DNA of 64,000 nt from Octopus vulgaris. Its lineage: Eukaryota. Each line of letters opens with the position of its first letter. The first letter of the stretch is position 1. Below the pieces are notes generated by a model, which searched no databases, had not been told where the DNA came from, and worked only from the letters and a program-made list of their open reading frames with translations. Below are positions 1 to 12,230 of this stretch, piece after piece. A program made the position numbers and the translations under genes. The stretch covers positions 52,018,001 to 52,082,000 of the forward strand of contig OX597822.1 of assembly GCA_951406725.2 (NCBI GenBank), read 5' to 3'.

Positions 1-330
1 TTTCTTGTCATTTGTGTCTTTCCTGTGTCGATTCCATTGAAAGTTGTTTCTATTCTGTTCCCTGCATTTCCTGGCTCTTTTCTCAACTTACTTCTCTCTA
101 GATGCTCCTATATATATATATATTATAAAGTTCCCATTTTGTAACTAAAGCAGCTGCTTCATCGACTGTGATTTAACCTGACAAAATTAATGTTCACCTC
201 TAGCTTCAGTATGTCTATAATGTCTAACTTTGAGTTCTTGCCTTCCTTATTTATCGTTACGATTTACCATTTGAATAGTGTGTTATTAGCCCACATAAAG
301 ATTATCTAGTAGACTAATGCCTTACTCAAA

Positions 331-525
331 GCGGCGAGCTGGCAGAATCTCTACCGTGCTCGGCAAAATTACTTAGCGGCATTTCTTCCGGCTTAGCGGC
401 CTTTTGTCCGTCATTATGTTCTGAGTTTAAATACAGCCGGAGTGAACTTGCCTTTCATCTTTTCAGGATCTATAAAATTGGTGCCAGCTGAGTACTAGGG
501 TCGATGTAATCGACTTAACCCTATG
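331..525 (+). mobile_element. SINE family B, diverged copy
   Basis: GCGGCGAGCTGGCAGAA head, GCCTTTCATC and GGGTCGATGTAATCGACTTAA motifs match copies at 38349 and 63646. Confidence 0.8.
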
Positions 526-527
526 CC

Positions 528-905
528 TAATTCAATTCAATTTTCAATTCAAATCAATTTTTATTGGTTCAAAAAGCAAAAGCAAGGCCATGTAGGGGAC
601 AGGGAGTTATGTACAGGGAGGGTGGTCATACAAAGAGTTCAGGCCATTTCTGGTCAAGAGACACTTTGAACCGAGCAGTCGGAGGCATCTTCACTATCTC
701 GTGCGGCAGCTTACTCCACGGATCCGCAACCCGGACGGAGAAAGCCCGTCTCCTTCGATTGAGATGAAATCGTCGTAGATAGAGCTTTTCGGAGTGACCC
801 CGCAGCCCACGCTCTGGAGCAGGAGTGAAGAACAGCTCTTTCGAGAGGTTACACTTTCCACTTATGATGTTGTGAGCGAGAATGAGATCACCACGGTGTC
901 GTCGT
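528..905 (-). mobile_element. CR1-like LINE 3' end (5'-truncated)
   Basis: Minus strand reads RRHRGDLILAHNIISG...GLRGHSEKLYLRRFHLNRRRRAFSVRVADPWSKLPHEIV...FKVSLD, TGA at 628-626, then AATAAA and a (TTGAA)n tail; typical CR1 ORF2 C-terminus. Confidence 0.85.
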
Positions 906-2340
906 TTTTAAATACTAGCCCTGCATTAAAATTTGAAACCAGATTAATGTCTTATTCAAAATTTCTAGCTTTAGATGTTTCTCCCCTTAGACTTTTCTAA
1001 TATTCACACATGTTCAAATTTTCGTTGATGGTCTCTGTGAAAGATAATGTTGGTCAGTATTTTGTTAATACTTTGCGTTGAGTTTAAGCTTGTTTTAATT
1101 CTGTTTAGTCTGTCTTTAGGTTCCAATTGTTTATAGCTTTAACATGTTCTTTTTAATTTTTTTGTTATTTGCATTCTTATTATTTGATGCATCTTCATTG
1201 TTTTATATTTTCATCGTGTATTCTACGTTCAGGGTGGTGAGTGGTTAGAAAGTGCACAAAATAATTTGCATTATATGCATGTACAGGTTCTTTAGTTATA
1301 AGTTCAAACACCACCGAGCTCAAATTTCATTCCATCCCCCGAGCAATTAAAAAGTGCTATGTCGATGTTATGCTCAACATTTCTGCATAAATTAGAAATT
1401 ATTAGGATTATATGCTTAAGTGAACTACTTCCATACCTGACAGCGCATAATTCTAAGAATACACCTTCGTAACTTTTTCAAATTCTTTGACATCCTAAGT
1501 TAATTTAAATTTCAGTGATTATTTTCCTCTGGCGATTATGAGGATGTCAGTTATGATGTACTTCATAACTTTAAAATATTCATGTAGTATCTAAATATTG
1601 TTTTCGTAGTCATGTATACTAATTATATTCAATTTTCAGAACTCGAGGTGCAAAACCCAGCAATCTTATATTGTCTTTATTTTCATGAAATGCCAGTTTC
1701 TTTTCTTTACATACGCCATTTTATAATTTCAGTGTTTTCAATTCAAATATATTATTCAGCCTTTAACTTCCTGTCGAACAATGAGTCTTAATTTGCATTA
1801 ATCATGTTTTTTTCTGTTTATTGTTTTGTTTTTCTTTTTCTATATTTTTTTAGCTCCGAGCTAAATTTGTTAGGTGTTGTTATTCTTCGTTAACCCTAGC
1901 ATATCTATCATCAAAAGTATATCATTCATGTTCACCCCGTAAATTATCTAGCACATAATGTCTCTCCCCAGTTTTTAAATGCCTCGCAATATTTTATTGT
2001 AGCTCTTTAGGATTTAGTTCATACATCGACGAGGTCAACTTTCTCTTTCATTCCTCCGAGATAGATAAACCAAAGAACTAGTTATGTACTGAGGTTCATA
2101 CTATCGACTAAACACCTTTATTAAATTTGCTAACCTCGAATCTAACTAAGAAACACTTTCTTTTTGGTGCCAGTGTTTATAATATTGTAATTTTTTATAA
2201 CCGTCTCCTTCCATTCTCAATTGTTGACACGAAGATCCGTAAATCTCGAGTGCTTTAAGTATTCTAAATATTTTGTTAATTCAATGACCGGAGATAATAG
2301 TTTCTGTTATGATTTTGGGTATGAAATTATAGATAAGTAT

Positions 2341-2371
2341 AGAAAGAAAAAAAGAAAGATAGAAAGAAAAA

Positions 2372-2406
<35 letters not shown>

Positions 2407-2520
2407 GAAGAAAGAAAGAAAAAAAGAAAAAAAGAAAGAAGGAAGGAAGGAAGGAAGGAAGGAAGGAAGGAAGGGAGGGAGAAAGGAAGAAATAAAGAAA
2501 GAAGAAAGAAAAAAGAAAAG
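2341..2520 (+). repeat. (GAAA)n/(GGAA)n purine tract
   Basis: Direct reading. Confidence 0.95.
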
Positions 2521-3034
2521 TATCTACGAAAGTATATATGTAAGCATGTAGGTAATTATATTTATTTAGGTTAGCACATATGTATATATCTTTCTGTGTA
2601 AGCATTCATGTAATCATAGTATTTATGGTTCAATATACGCATGTACATATGCGTGTATTTGTGTACGTGCGCATGTATGTACTTCTGTATGTATGTATAT
2701 TTGCTAGTATATATGCATATATGTATGCTTTGTATGAACACACACATGTTTTATATATGTATATATATATATATATTTATGTAAATTCATATTTACATCT
2801 ATGCATATGCATGCATGTACGAAATGCACATATACATATTTATGCATTGTACGTAAATATACATACATGAATACTATGGCACTATATAATTTATTTTGTT
2901 ATTCTGAAGTAAACTATTATCATCATAATTATCATATCTTCATTCTTTCGGGATCGAAAAATAAGGACCAGTCGAGCACTGAGATTGATGTAATTGACTT
3001 ATCTCTTCCCTTGAAACTGCCGGCCTTGTGCCAA

Positions 3035-3050
3035 AATTATTATTATTATA

Positions 3051-3124
<74 letters not shown>
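3035..3124 (+). repeat. (TAT)n microsatellite at the 3' end of a degenerate family B SINE (about 2940-3035)
   Basis: Direct reading. Confidence 0.9.
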
Positions 3125-3126
<2 letters not shown>

Positions 3127-3357
3127 GTTAATGCTTGTGATTTATAAAACCCATCGATCTAATCTTATTTTTCTGTCGTTATTATATTTCTATTCCTTTA
3201 TTCTTTCCTTCGTTTTCCTTATTTTCTCCATCCATTCATTGCTGCTTCATCGAATCGACTACCTCTTATCCATGATAGGATGTGCGGACAATCCTCAAGA
3301 TGTGTTTGATATTGCAACTACCAGTGAATTCCAACTTATTTTCTGAAAATTCTCTGT

Positions 3358-3748
3358 GCAGGCGTGGCTCTGTGGTAAGAAGCTTGCTTCCCAACCACAT
3401 GGTCCCGGATTCAGTTCTATTGCGTGGTACCTTGGGCAAGTTTCTTCTACTATATCCTCGAGCCGCCTAGAAGCCCATCGTATATATATTATATATGCGT
3501 GTGTATGTATGTTTGTGTGTATATATGAATGTATGTATGTATATGTCTATGTGTATGTGTTTACCCAGCACTGCTTGATAACTAATGTTCGTTTGTTTAT
3601 GTCCTCGTATTTTAGCAGTTCGGCAAAAGTGGTGATAGAAATACCAGGCTTTAAAAATAAGTACTGGAGCCGATTCGTTCTACTAAAACTTTTCAAAGCG
3701 AAGCCCCAGCATGGCCGCAGTCTAATGAAACAAGTTAGAGAGTAAGAG
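3358..3748 (+). mobile_element. SINE family A, old copy with internal microsatellite
   Basis: TGGCTCTGTGG A-box, CCTTGGGCAAGT, 3' CCAGCATGGCCGCAGTC..GAAACAAG tail. Confidence 0.85.
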
Positions 3749-4950
3749 AATAGTATTCTCAGCAGCACATGATCAAACACTCACGAGCTATTAAAGGGTC
3801 ATAAATTTTCTATTTAGCTCTATCTCTCATTTCCAGATTTTTACGCGATGAAGTGAGCCACTTAAGTGTCAAATACTTTGGTCACTGACACGTAATCATT
3901 TAATCTGCTAGCATATAGCGTTAAGTTAAAATTTGTTTGAAGCAGCCAACAATGTTTTATACATTAAGCAAACTGAAATGAAAATAATTTAACTAGAATC
4001 TAATTGCAGTATCTGTTCATTGTCCATTTATTATCTTTTCGCAGTGAATTGCACATTACTGAAGAATAGAGTTAGAGGTCTATGATATAAATGCTAATTC
4101 AATTTATACGAAATATAATGCAATCAAATAACACATTGGGAGGTAATTTCAACGAATAAAGGTATTCATCTCAATATATTATTAGCTTGATAATGTCGCT
4201 GTAAATAGAGCATTAGGTTGCATAGGCAATTAAACTTTTATAGGGTACTTTAATATATTACTGTCTAATAACTGTTACTTCTGACTCAGCCGATACCGTG
4301 TGAGCCCAACAAACACGCCAATGACTAAATATTCTACGACTCTGTGGTTAGTTTGTCTACAGTTAAGAAAGTTATATTTACAAAAACCACAGACGGCGAG
4401 AGTCAATGGTGAAAATTAAGATTTAAAACGAATAATATCTGTTATTTTTTCCTTCCTTCAGTCATTAGATTGCACAGCTTTGAAGGGTTTGGTGGAATTT
4501 ATTGAAATTAGTATTAAGTTTTTAAGATCTAGTAATTATTCTATCAGTTCTTTTGCCAAACCGTTAGTTTACGGGTACGTAAACAAACCGACACTAAATG
4601 TCAAGCGGTGATGGGATAAAGACAACAATGCAAACACACAGACATACACACACAGGTATATATGCATACATACGCACGCACGCACATACAGATATGAACA
4701 CATGCACACACGCACACGCACACGCACATACACACACACACACATATAAACAAAAGTTTAAAACGAGCAAATGTGTCTTCAAGTAAATACGTAAATTTGC
4801 TATGAAGAATATGGGGCCGTGAAGAATTTGGGTAAGATAACACTGAACGTGATAATGAAGAATAAAAAGCGAAAGTACAAAGATTTTACTCACGACATTG
4901 ATAAATATAGTTACATAACATCGACTAGAATTACATATGTATGTATATAC

Positions 4951-5474
4951 GAACTTTAGGTTAGTTAAAATATGTTTCTGACATATTTTAACTTCTAAAG
5001 TTAAATTCACAGTAGTTACTGTGGAGGAAAACACTTCTCTTTCATGATAAAAAAAATGTCAACCCAGTGCTCACACCTTTCGGATTTCCAGGCTTTACGC
5101 CTCTGGCTCTTCAACTTTCATCAATAGGAAATTCTGAAGAGAGATAACCCTGTGCAGATCCAAAGTTTTAGCTTTGACTAAAGAAACAATCAACATCAGT
5201 GACTGAGTTGCGTTATTCGACCGCCTGATCGGATTAAATATAACAGCATCAGCGCCAAGCAATAAACTTTAGGTTAGTTAAAACATGTCTGTGACATATT
5301 TTAACTTCTAAATGCAAAATCACAGTAGCTATCGTGGAGAAATATTTACTCTTATGGTAAAAAGTGTTCTAACACCCATATTTTCCCAGTGGTTCCCGCT
5401 ATAGAATAACAACCAGATGCCGCGTTTCTGGTTTTTGTAGCTTTCCACAATTGGAAATGCCGAAGAGGGTTAAC
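4951..5474. repeat. Diverged tandem duplication of about 200 bp (4951-5148 and 5264-5474), possible DNA-transposon ends
   Basis: Both units start AACTTTAGGTTAGTTAAAA and end GGAAAT(T/G)C(T/C)GAAGAG.G.TAAC. Confidence 0.75.
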
Positions 5475-5518
5475 ATACTTTAACTGACACCTAAAGGGCG
5501 CCGATGCTGGTTTGTATG

Positions 5519-5586
<68 letters not shown>

Positions 5587-5699
5587 GGGTGTCTGTGTGT
5601 GTGTGTGTGTCTGTGTGTGTCTGTGTGTGTGTGTCTGTGTATGTGTGTGTGTGTGTATTATATATATACATATACATAAACTAAATGCAAATACCCAAT

Positions 5700-6524
5700 A
5701 AATACACTAGAACTGGAGTGATTGCAATCCCAGAGGCACAATCAGTGCGAGACCTGAGTATTTACATGAGTAATGATGCAACCTTTCGTGTGCATGTTGC
5801 TAAATTGGCAATGAAATGTAGGCGGCTGACCGGATGGATTCTTAGAGCCTTTAGAACAAGAGACCAGGAAACCATGATGGTCCTCCGGAGGACACTTGTC
5901 TTAAGCCACTTTGACTATTACTCTCAGCTATGGTCACCATCCAGTGTCAAATTAATCACAGAACTTGAGGCGATCCAACGAAGTTACACGAAGAAGATAG
6001 CCTCTGTGCAGCATATAAGCTATTGGGAAAGACTCAAGAGATTAAGACTCTATTCCTTAGAGCGTAGGCGAGAAAGATATGCCATAATATACATCTGGAA
6101 GATCCTGGAAGGACTTGTCCCAAACTTTGGCATCGAGAGTTACACAAATACCAGAACTGGGCGCCACATAGTGCCAAAGACTCCAAATTTTCCATCAAGA
6201 TGTAGGACAAGATACTGTGATAGCCTGGACTTCAGAGGTCCACAGCTCTTGAATATCCTCCCAAAGGACCTGAGAGACCTGCATGGGGTTGATACAGATG
6301 TCTTTAAAATAAAACTGGATCTCTTCCCGTCAGGTGTCCCAGATGAACCAGCTTCATGGCAGGAGGTGCAGATGAGGGCAGCTGCATCGAACTCTCTCAT
6401 GCACCAAATGGCAATTGCTAAAAAGCATTCGTGAAGTAAAATCATGTAGCAACACTGAATGGCGGTGCCCCCACAATGGACACAGCTCGTGAGCTGAAAC
6501 GAGATGAAATATAAAATATAAAAT

Positions 6525-6527
<3 letters not shown>
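5700..6527 (+). mobile_element. CR1/L2-like LINE ORF2 C-terminus with 3' tail, 5'-truncated
   Basis: ORF 5685-6434: VRDLSIYM, HFDYYSQLWSP, LEAIQRSYTK, YWERLKRLRLYSLERRRERY; 3' stem-loop then (AAATAT)n; flanked by microsatellites. Confidence 0.92.
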
Positions 6528-6558
<31 letters not shown>

Positions 6559-6569
6559 TAAGTAGTTGA

Positions 6570-6715
6570 ATGAATTATCCTAGTATGGATAATTCGGTTA
6601 ACCGATACCCGGGTAGCAAATTTACGTCAGAAAGCACGGTTGAAGCTACATGCCAAGGGCAGAAATCACGTGCTTTCGTGTGGAAATTTGTGTGTTTTTT
6701 ACTATAGATAAATAC

Positions 6716-6746
<31 letters not shown>

Positions 6747-7060
6747 TGTATGTATGTATGTATGTATGTATGTATGTATGTATACTTAAAAGGTTGCTGA
6801 TTATGGCCGACAGAGAATGGCCAGCTACTTATGGCATTTAAAAGAAAAGGGTTCGCCATACAAAAGTAAATGTAAGCTCTTAGAAGAACCTAGACTGTAT
6901 CTTAACTGGCGCCAATGATATAAGCTTTGCTTGACTGAGAGAACAAGAGCCCTCAATAACTCGCTCGACCCGGTGACTTCCTTATACTCTAAAGATGAAG
7001 TACTCACGCGGTGCCTTCATCAGAGGAAATTCCTGGTGAAAGAACTGTTGAGAGATGACT
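6570..7060 (+). mobile_element. Penelope-like element C-terminal (GIY-YIG region) remnant, split by (TATG)n
   Basis: From about 6821 reads MASYLWHLKEKG...LCLTERT...KDEVLTRCLHQRKFLV, matching the PLE C-terminal pattern YxWxLK...LCLxEK...CxHxxKF; internal stop. Confidence 0.6.
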
Positions 7061-8929
7061 GCCGGCTAGCGAACGGCAGTCATCTGTATGCGGACCGTTT
7101 TTAGACGCTACTGGATCCGATTTAAAAATCATACACATTTGAAGAAAGATTAGTGTTAAAAAAATTATGTTTGTAAAGCATATACTAGAAAGTTAATGTA
7201 GTCATTTATGAAAATATAGGTGGTGGAAGGGGAATTAAGAAGAATGAAGGGGAAGTGGATTATGGACTCTTCTTTACTGAAGATCCGTATGAAGGTATCA
7301 TGGAAGCATAATAAAGGAGGAAATGAGGAAAAGGAGTAATTCAAATGGAAAATAAGACGATTTAGGTTGCATTATTCTTACAAAGTTTATTGTTAAACTA
7401 GGAAGAGAGATAAGAGCTGTATTAAAAAAAGAAATTTAGAAGCGTTAAGGTATTAAATTAGAGAGTGTGAAAAGGAAACGAAATTATACTAGTGCAGGGT
7501 AAATAAATAAGAAGAAAAAAATTATAATGATCGAGTATGGGATGTAATGAGAGAAGTAAAAGTTGAAAATAAAAGAGAGATTAATGATAAAGGTATTGAA
7601 TGTGTAGGATAATTTTATACAAAAGATATATTTTGTATGTATATAAAAAGTTATCGTAAAATGTATTATTATTGCTGAGTATTACGTGAGAAGGATAGGG
7701 TATGGCTATACATAATCGTAATATAGGCTCAATGCATGTAAATATATAGGTTCACGTTATATAGCTTCAATGCATGTAAATATATTTAAAATAATTATTA
7801 TCATGATCTACGAGTATATAGATACATGTAGGGGTACAAATAAAGTTACAAAATTATGCTATATCATATATGGAATAGAGTGTATGTATGTTCAATCACA
7901 TACGTATATAGAGGCATACATACACATATAACCATATAGATACACAAATATAGACATATACATACACGCTAGATACACAAGCATATGTATGTACAAATGC
8001 AGGCATAGATATGTAAATAAACATATATATATACACATACATACATATACATATATATACTGATATAAACATATATATATGCATACATACACATGTATAT
8101 ATACATATATACGTATACACATAAAAACATATACACAAACATAGAAATACATAGATGTATACATAGATATGCAGATATAGATGCAAACACGCACAATCGC
8201 ACTATAACATACATGTGTATATATACCAGTATTAAAAATATACTTAATTGTAAGATGGAATAACCAATAACATATGCAAGTATTTAGTGTGATATATATA
8301 CACACACATACACACACACACACACACACACATACACACACACACATATATATATAGGTGGATCTCTATAAATCTAAATATTGCATGTCCACTTTTTAAT
8401 TCATCTGGGACCCGTTTGCAATATTTATATTATTCTTCATTTCTTTAACAACGTTTTCATCCAACAGATTATATTAATTTTGAAAAGTCTTTGTCACCTG
8501 TCAAATTGACTTTAAATATTTATTTGATGAATTACCAGCTAATTACCACTGCAGTATATATACAAGTTTATAAACCATTGTATTATTAGAAAAGTTTTAA
8601 ACGATCATTTGCATCAAACTTTGAGTAACAGTTTGTAAATATTTAAGCTTCAATAAAACACTACATTTTATTCTACCTTTGCTATTCGGATGCTGCTTAT
8701 TTTCCTCTATCTTGTGATTCACGTTTGTGCTAGCATGTGTGTATATATCGCTCCTCTGAATCGCTATTTTACAAGATAAAGGAAAAAGCTGAAAATGGAA
8801 CATCTTTCACGTGGGATCTCGGCAGGATGATACAGACTACAAATCTTTTATCTCCTGTCTTTTATTTGTTTCAGTTATTAGACTGCTACCATGTTGGGCA
8901 TAAGCTTGTTTTCATACAGCATTCCCATA

Positions 8930-9975
8930 TTTAATTGCGGTTGTATATAGGGATGACTGGCCAATTTTAACCTAATATAAAAGGCTTACGAAAGATCTTA
9001 TTGCATTCTTCCAGCGTATGGACCTAAACACCACAGTTAACATGTGACATAGCGCTATCAACATTTTTTATATTACTTCAGATTTACACCTAACAGTTTT
9101 TAGCCTTATCATAAGCTTAATGAAAGGCTATTCTATAATTATATGGACTCACCTACTTTATATACTCCAGAACATAGATCCTACCATAGGTCAGGGAATC
9201 TACCTACTCTCATCAGATGAGGGGGCTTTTTACAATAACGACTACATTTGGAACAGTGGTCTCTCTGAGGAGATCCGTAATGTCGGCTGTAAAAATTACC
9301 CAAGTATATTTCGTAGAACTAAAAGTTTTGTGGTTCAATCCAAAATTTGCACTGAATGTCAATTCTAAAATAATGGGAGAATTCTTAATTTCACTGTCAA
9401 AGCATTTCCTCAAGGGCTAAATTATTATAGAATATTTAACAGAAGAACGTTAAAGTTAGCTATTGATTCTGCAAGAACTTTGCCTCGTTTCTTAATCAGC
9501 TTAATATAAGAAAACTCGTTAACTCTAATGAATATTATGACAACCCTAAATGCAACTGATAAAATTCCAGTAACTGTCCTCTTAATGAAATATGTCTCAT
9601 CGAAAGAATTGTAAAGCCTTGGTTGATTATAGCTCCACGTCTTAAAGAAAAAGTGAAACCACGGAAAACAGCTTCAAGCTGAAGCTTTATTTTCCAAAGC
9701 TCTTCATTGAATGAGCGGCAAACAGTTCTCTACGTGTCTATACAAAACTTATGGCAATTAAGAGAAGCTAATTCTGCTCCCTTCAACATCCATAATCTCA
9801 TCTTTGAAAGAGCTAGTCGAGCTACACATGGATACTGGATACCTCCTCCATCCTGGGAAATACCTGTTGTGCTTAAGCGAAAAATATCTTATCCTGTTTC
9901 ATTACAAACCGTCTTGAATCGAAACTCTGACCTCGTGTTATGCTATAAGCATCATTCGAACTTTATCGTCTAAAG
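8930..9975 (+). mobile_element. Decayed Penelope-like element (YRDD-type RT plus C-terminal region)
   Basis: TATAGGGATGAC (YRDD) near 8947; VLWFNPKFALNVNSKIMGEFLISLSKHF; LWQLRE...VLNRNSDLVLCYKH; many frameshifts. Confidence 0.7.
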
Positions 9976-10487
9976 GCTATTGCTACTGAACGATTGATAT
10001 ATACTATCTTCCACATTCACATTTGCTTTACAATTATTTTTCTTATGACTTCGAATATGTTGGATGCATTTCTTCTATTTCTGTATTATCAATCGCATTG
10101 TTTTCTTCTGACCGTCACATTTGATGTTTATATAGTTTTTTTGACGTTTATATAGATTTTACCTTTTTAATACGGCCTTTCATCGGCCATGTATGTGCAC
10201 TTAATAAACAGAAAACATCAGTTCAAAGTGTGAATTAATTATCTGTACAACATAGAAGTTAATTAATTATATTACATCGCAATAGATCAAGACAAAGAGA
10301 TATTCATCACAAATGATGATTGCTTTTGTTAAAATTGAGCTTGTTATCAGAAAGCAATTGGTTGTAGTATAATGTTAAAGTCGAGATGATTTCTTGTAAC
10401 AGAAATAAGAACGACGAATGAAGTATAGATGAAACTAAGTTGTTGATTCACTGTTTACAGCAACTGGCCAGACATTTATATCTTGAT

Positions 10488-10609
10488 ATGAACTTCAGGG
10501 ATATTTCTATTTTTGCTATGCTTCGTTTTGTTTGCGTCATTCTCATCATCCTAACTCTACATATCAAAAGTGCTAACTGTACGATAACACATTCTCATGT
10601 TCTGACAAG
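10488..10609 (+). CDS. Candidate first coding exon (exon 10461-10609) encoding a signal peptide
   Basis: Acceptor TTCACTGTTTACAG|10461, ATG at 10488, MNFRDISIFAMLRFVCVILIILTLHIKSANCTITHSHVLT(R), consensus donor AAG|GTGAGT at 10610 (phase 2); non-repetitive context. Confidence 0.55.
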
Positions 10610-11846
10610 GTGAGTGTGCTGTGATTTTCAATCTGGCAAATTTCCTTTGCTTTCAATATGGCTGCAACATTTCAATTTGTGCAAGGAAAATAAAAAGAAA
10701 TCGAGAAATATATATTGACAACAACATAGTCAACAAATCTACCAAATTAGAACTCACGCATCTATCATGGTAAAAAGCATTAGGTTTCCGACAAACAACT
10801 AAGGTTTGTAGTTTGTCTGTAAATGCTTTTCGCCTTAGCAGTGAATACTTAGCCAGCTGTATTAGGTAAATATAAAAGTTATATATTAGGATGAGCTTAC
10901 CCTGTATTCGAGCAATATTCTTAAGACCAGAAAGAAAGATTCACAGAATTCTCTTCCGACACTTGAATAAAGCTTAGTCAGGATAAGTGTTTATATATGG
11001 TAGGCAATAGAGATAATATCGCTGTCATATGATGAATATGCGTATCAATAGCCTGCCTATCTACGCTAATTCTAATGTAATATATTAAAAGTATTTCCGA
11101 ATTGACGTTAATGCCGCTTACACTGCTGCTGTGAATAGATCTAGAGTAACTACGGAGGTATGAAAGTGAGTACTGTGCGCGTTCAATAAAATCATATGTC
11201 GATATTTTTATGTTTTAATAATAATACGGATATTTGGTATAGTATAAGGGAAACTTGAGGAAATTTGCAACTTGGACATGGATTCTAGTAACAGGTAACT
11301 TCTACATAAGCAGTGATAGTTTCAGAATTTGCATCAAACTAAGGGATAGCGGCAGAGACAAAACTAAGCCCAAACGGCATAGGAATGCCAGTTCGATCCG
11401 CGTAGACAACAAATATTGAGGAAAAGGAGAAAAATAAGTGCATCACATCTACACTCAATAGCGAAGCAAATAACATTACGAGGATAAGAGATGTACCATG
11501 AAGAGATTATTCTAAGCGTACAGTGGTTTTCTTTGAACAAGAAGTAGCAGGATTAGCCTACATAAACAGAAACTTCGAGAAAATATTCTTTACTGACAAG
11601 ATACCATTTTGAATCTCTCAAAATCATTATTTACACGTTGGTTATGAAGGACACACAAAATATTCACATATTTAGTTATATGATGTGATGATGATGATGA
11701 TGATGTGTGTGTGTATGTGTGTGTGTGTGTATGTATGCGTTTGTGTAAAAGGAAGGACTGAAAATACATTTGTTATTTTCTGACAAGGTGCCATTTTGAA
11801 TCGTCCAGAACTATTATTTACTCTTTACTTAAGTTGGCCATTTACG

Positions 11847-11879
11847 ATATTCAAATATTTAGTTACATACTAATATATA

Positions 11880-11915
<36 letters not shown>

Positions 11916-11948
11916 TGTATGTATATATATAATATATACATATACATG

Positions 11949-11995
<47 letters not shown>

Positions 11996-12115
11996 ATATA
12001 TATATACATATATATATACATATATATACATATATATACATACATATATATATATACATATATATATATTAGTATGTAACTAGATATTTGAATATATATA
12101 GATAGATACGTACCT

Positions 12116-12208
<93 letters not shown>

Positions 12209-12230
12209 CCCATCATACATATATAGATAC
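11847..12230. repeat. (TA)/(TATG)/(TACA) microsatellite block with a 34-bp inverted-repeat pair (11847-11880 and 12062-12095)
   Basis: ATATTCAAATATTTAGTTACATACTAATATATAT versus its reverse complement, one mismatch. Confidence 0.85.

Noticed and set aside
1-300. Possible RTE APE N-terminal remnant on the minus strand
   Set aside because: Too degenerate to support without a profile search
7005-7030. CTGATGA on the minus strand as a hammerhead core
   Set aside because: No convincing GAAA or stem partners; it overlaps PLE coding sequence (CLHQRKF) on the plus strand
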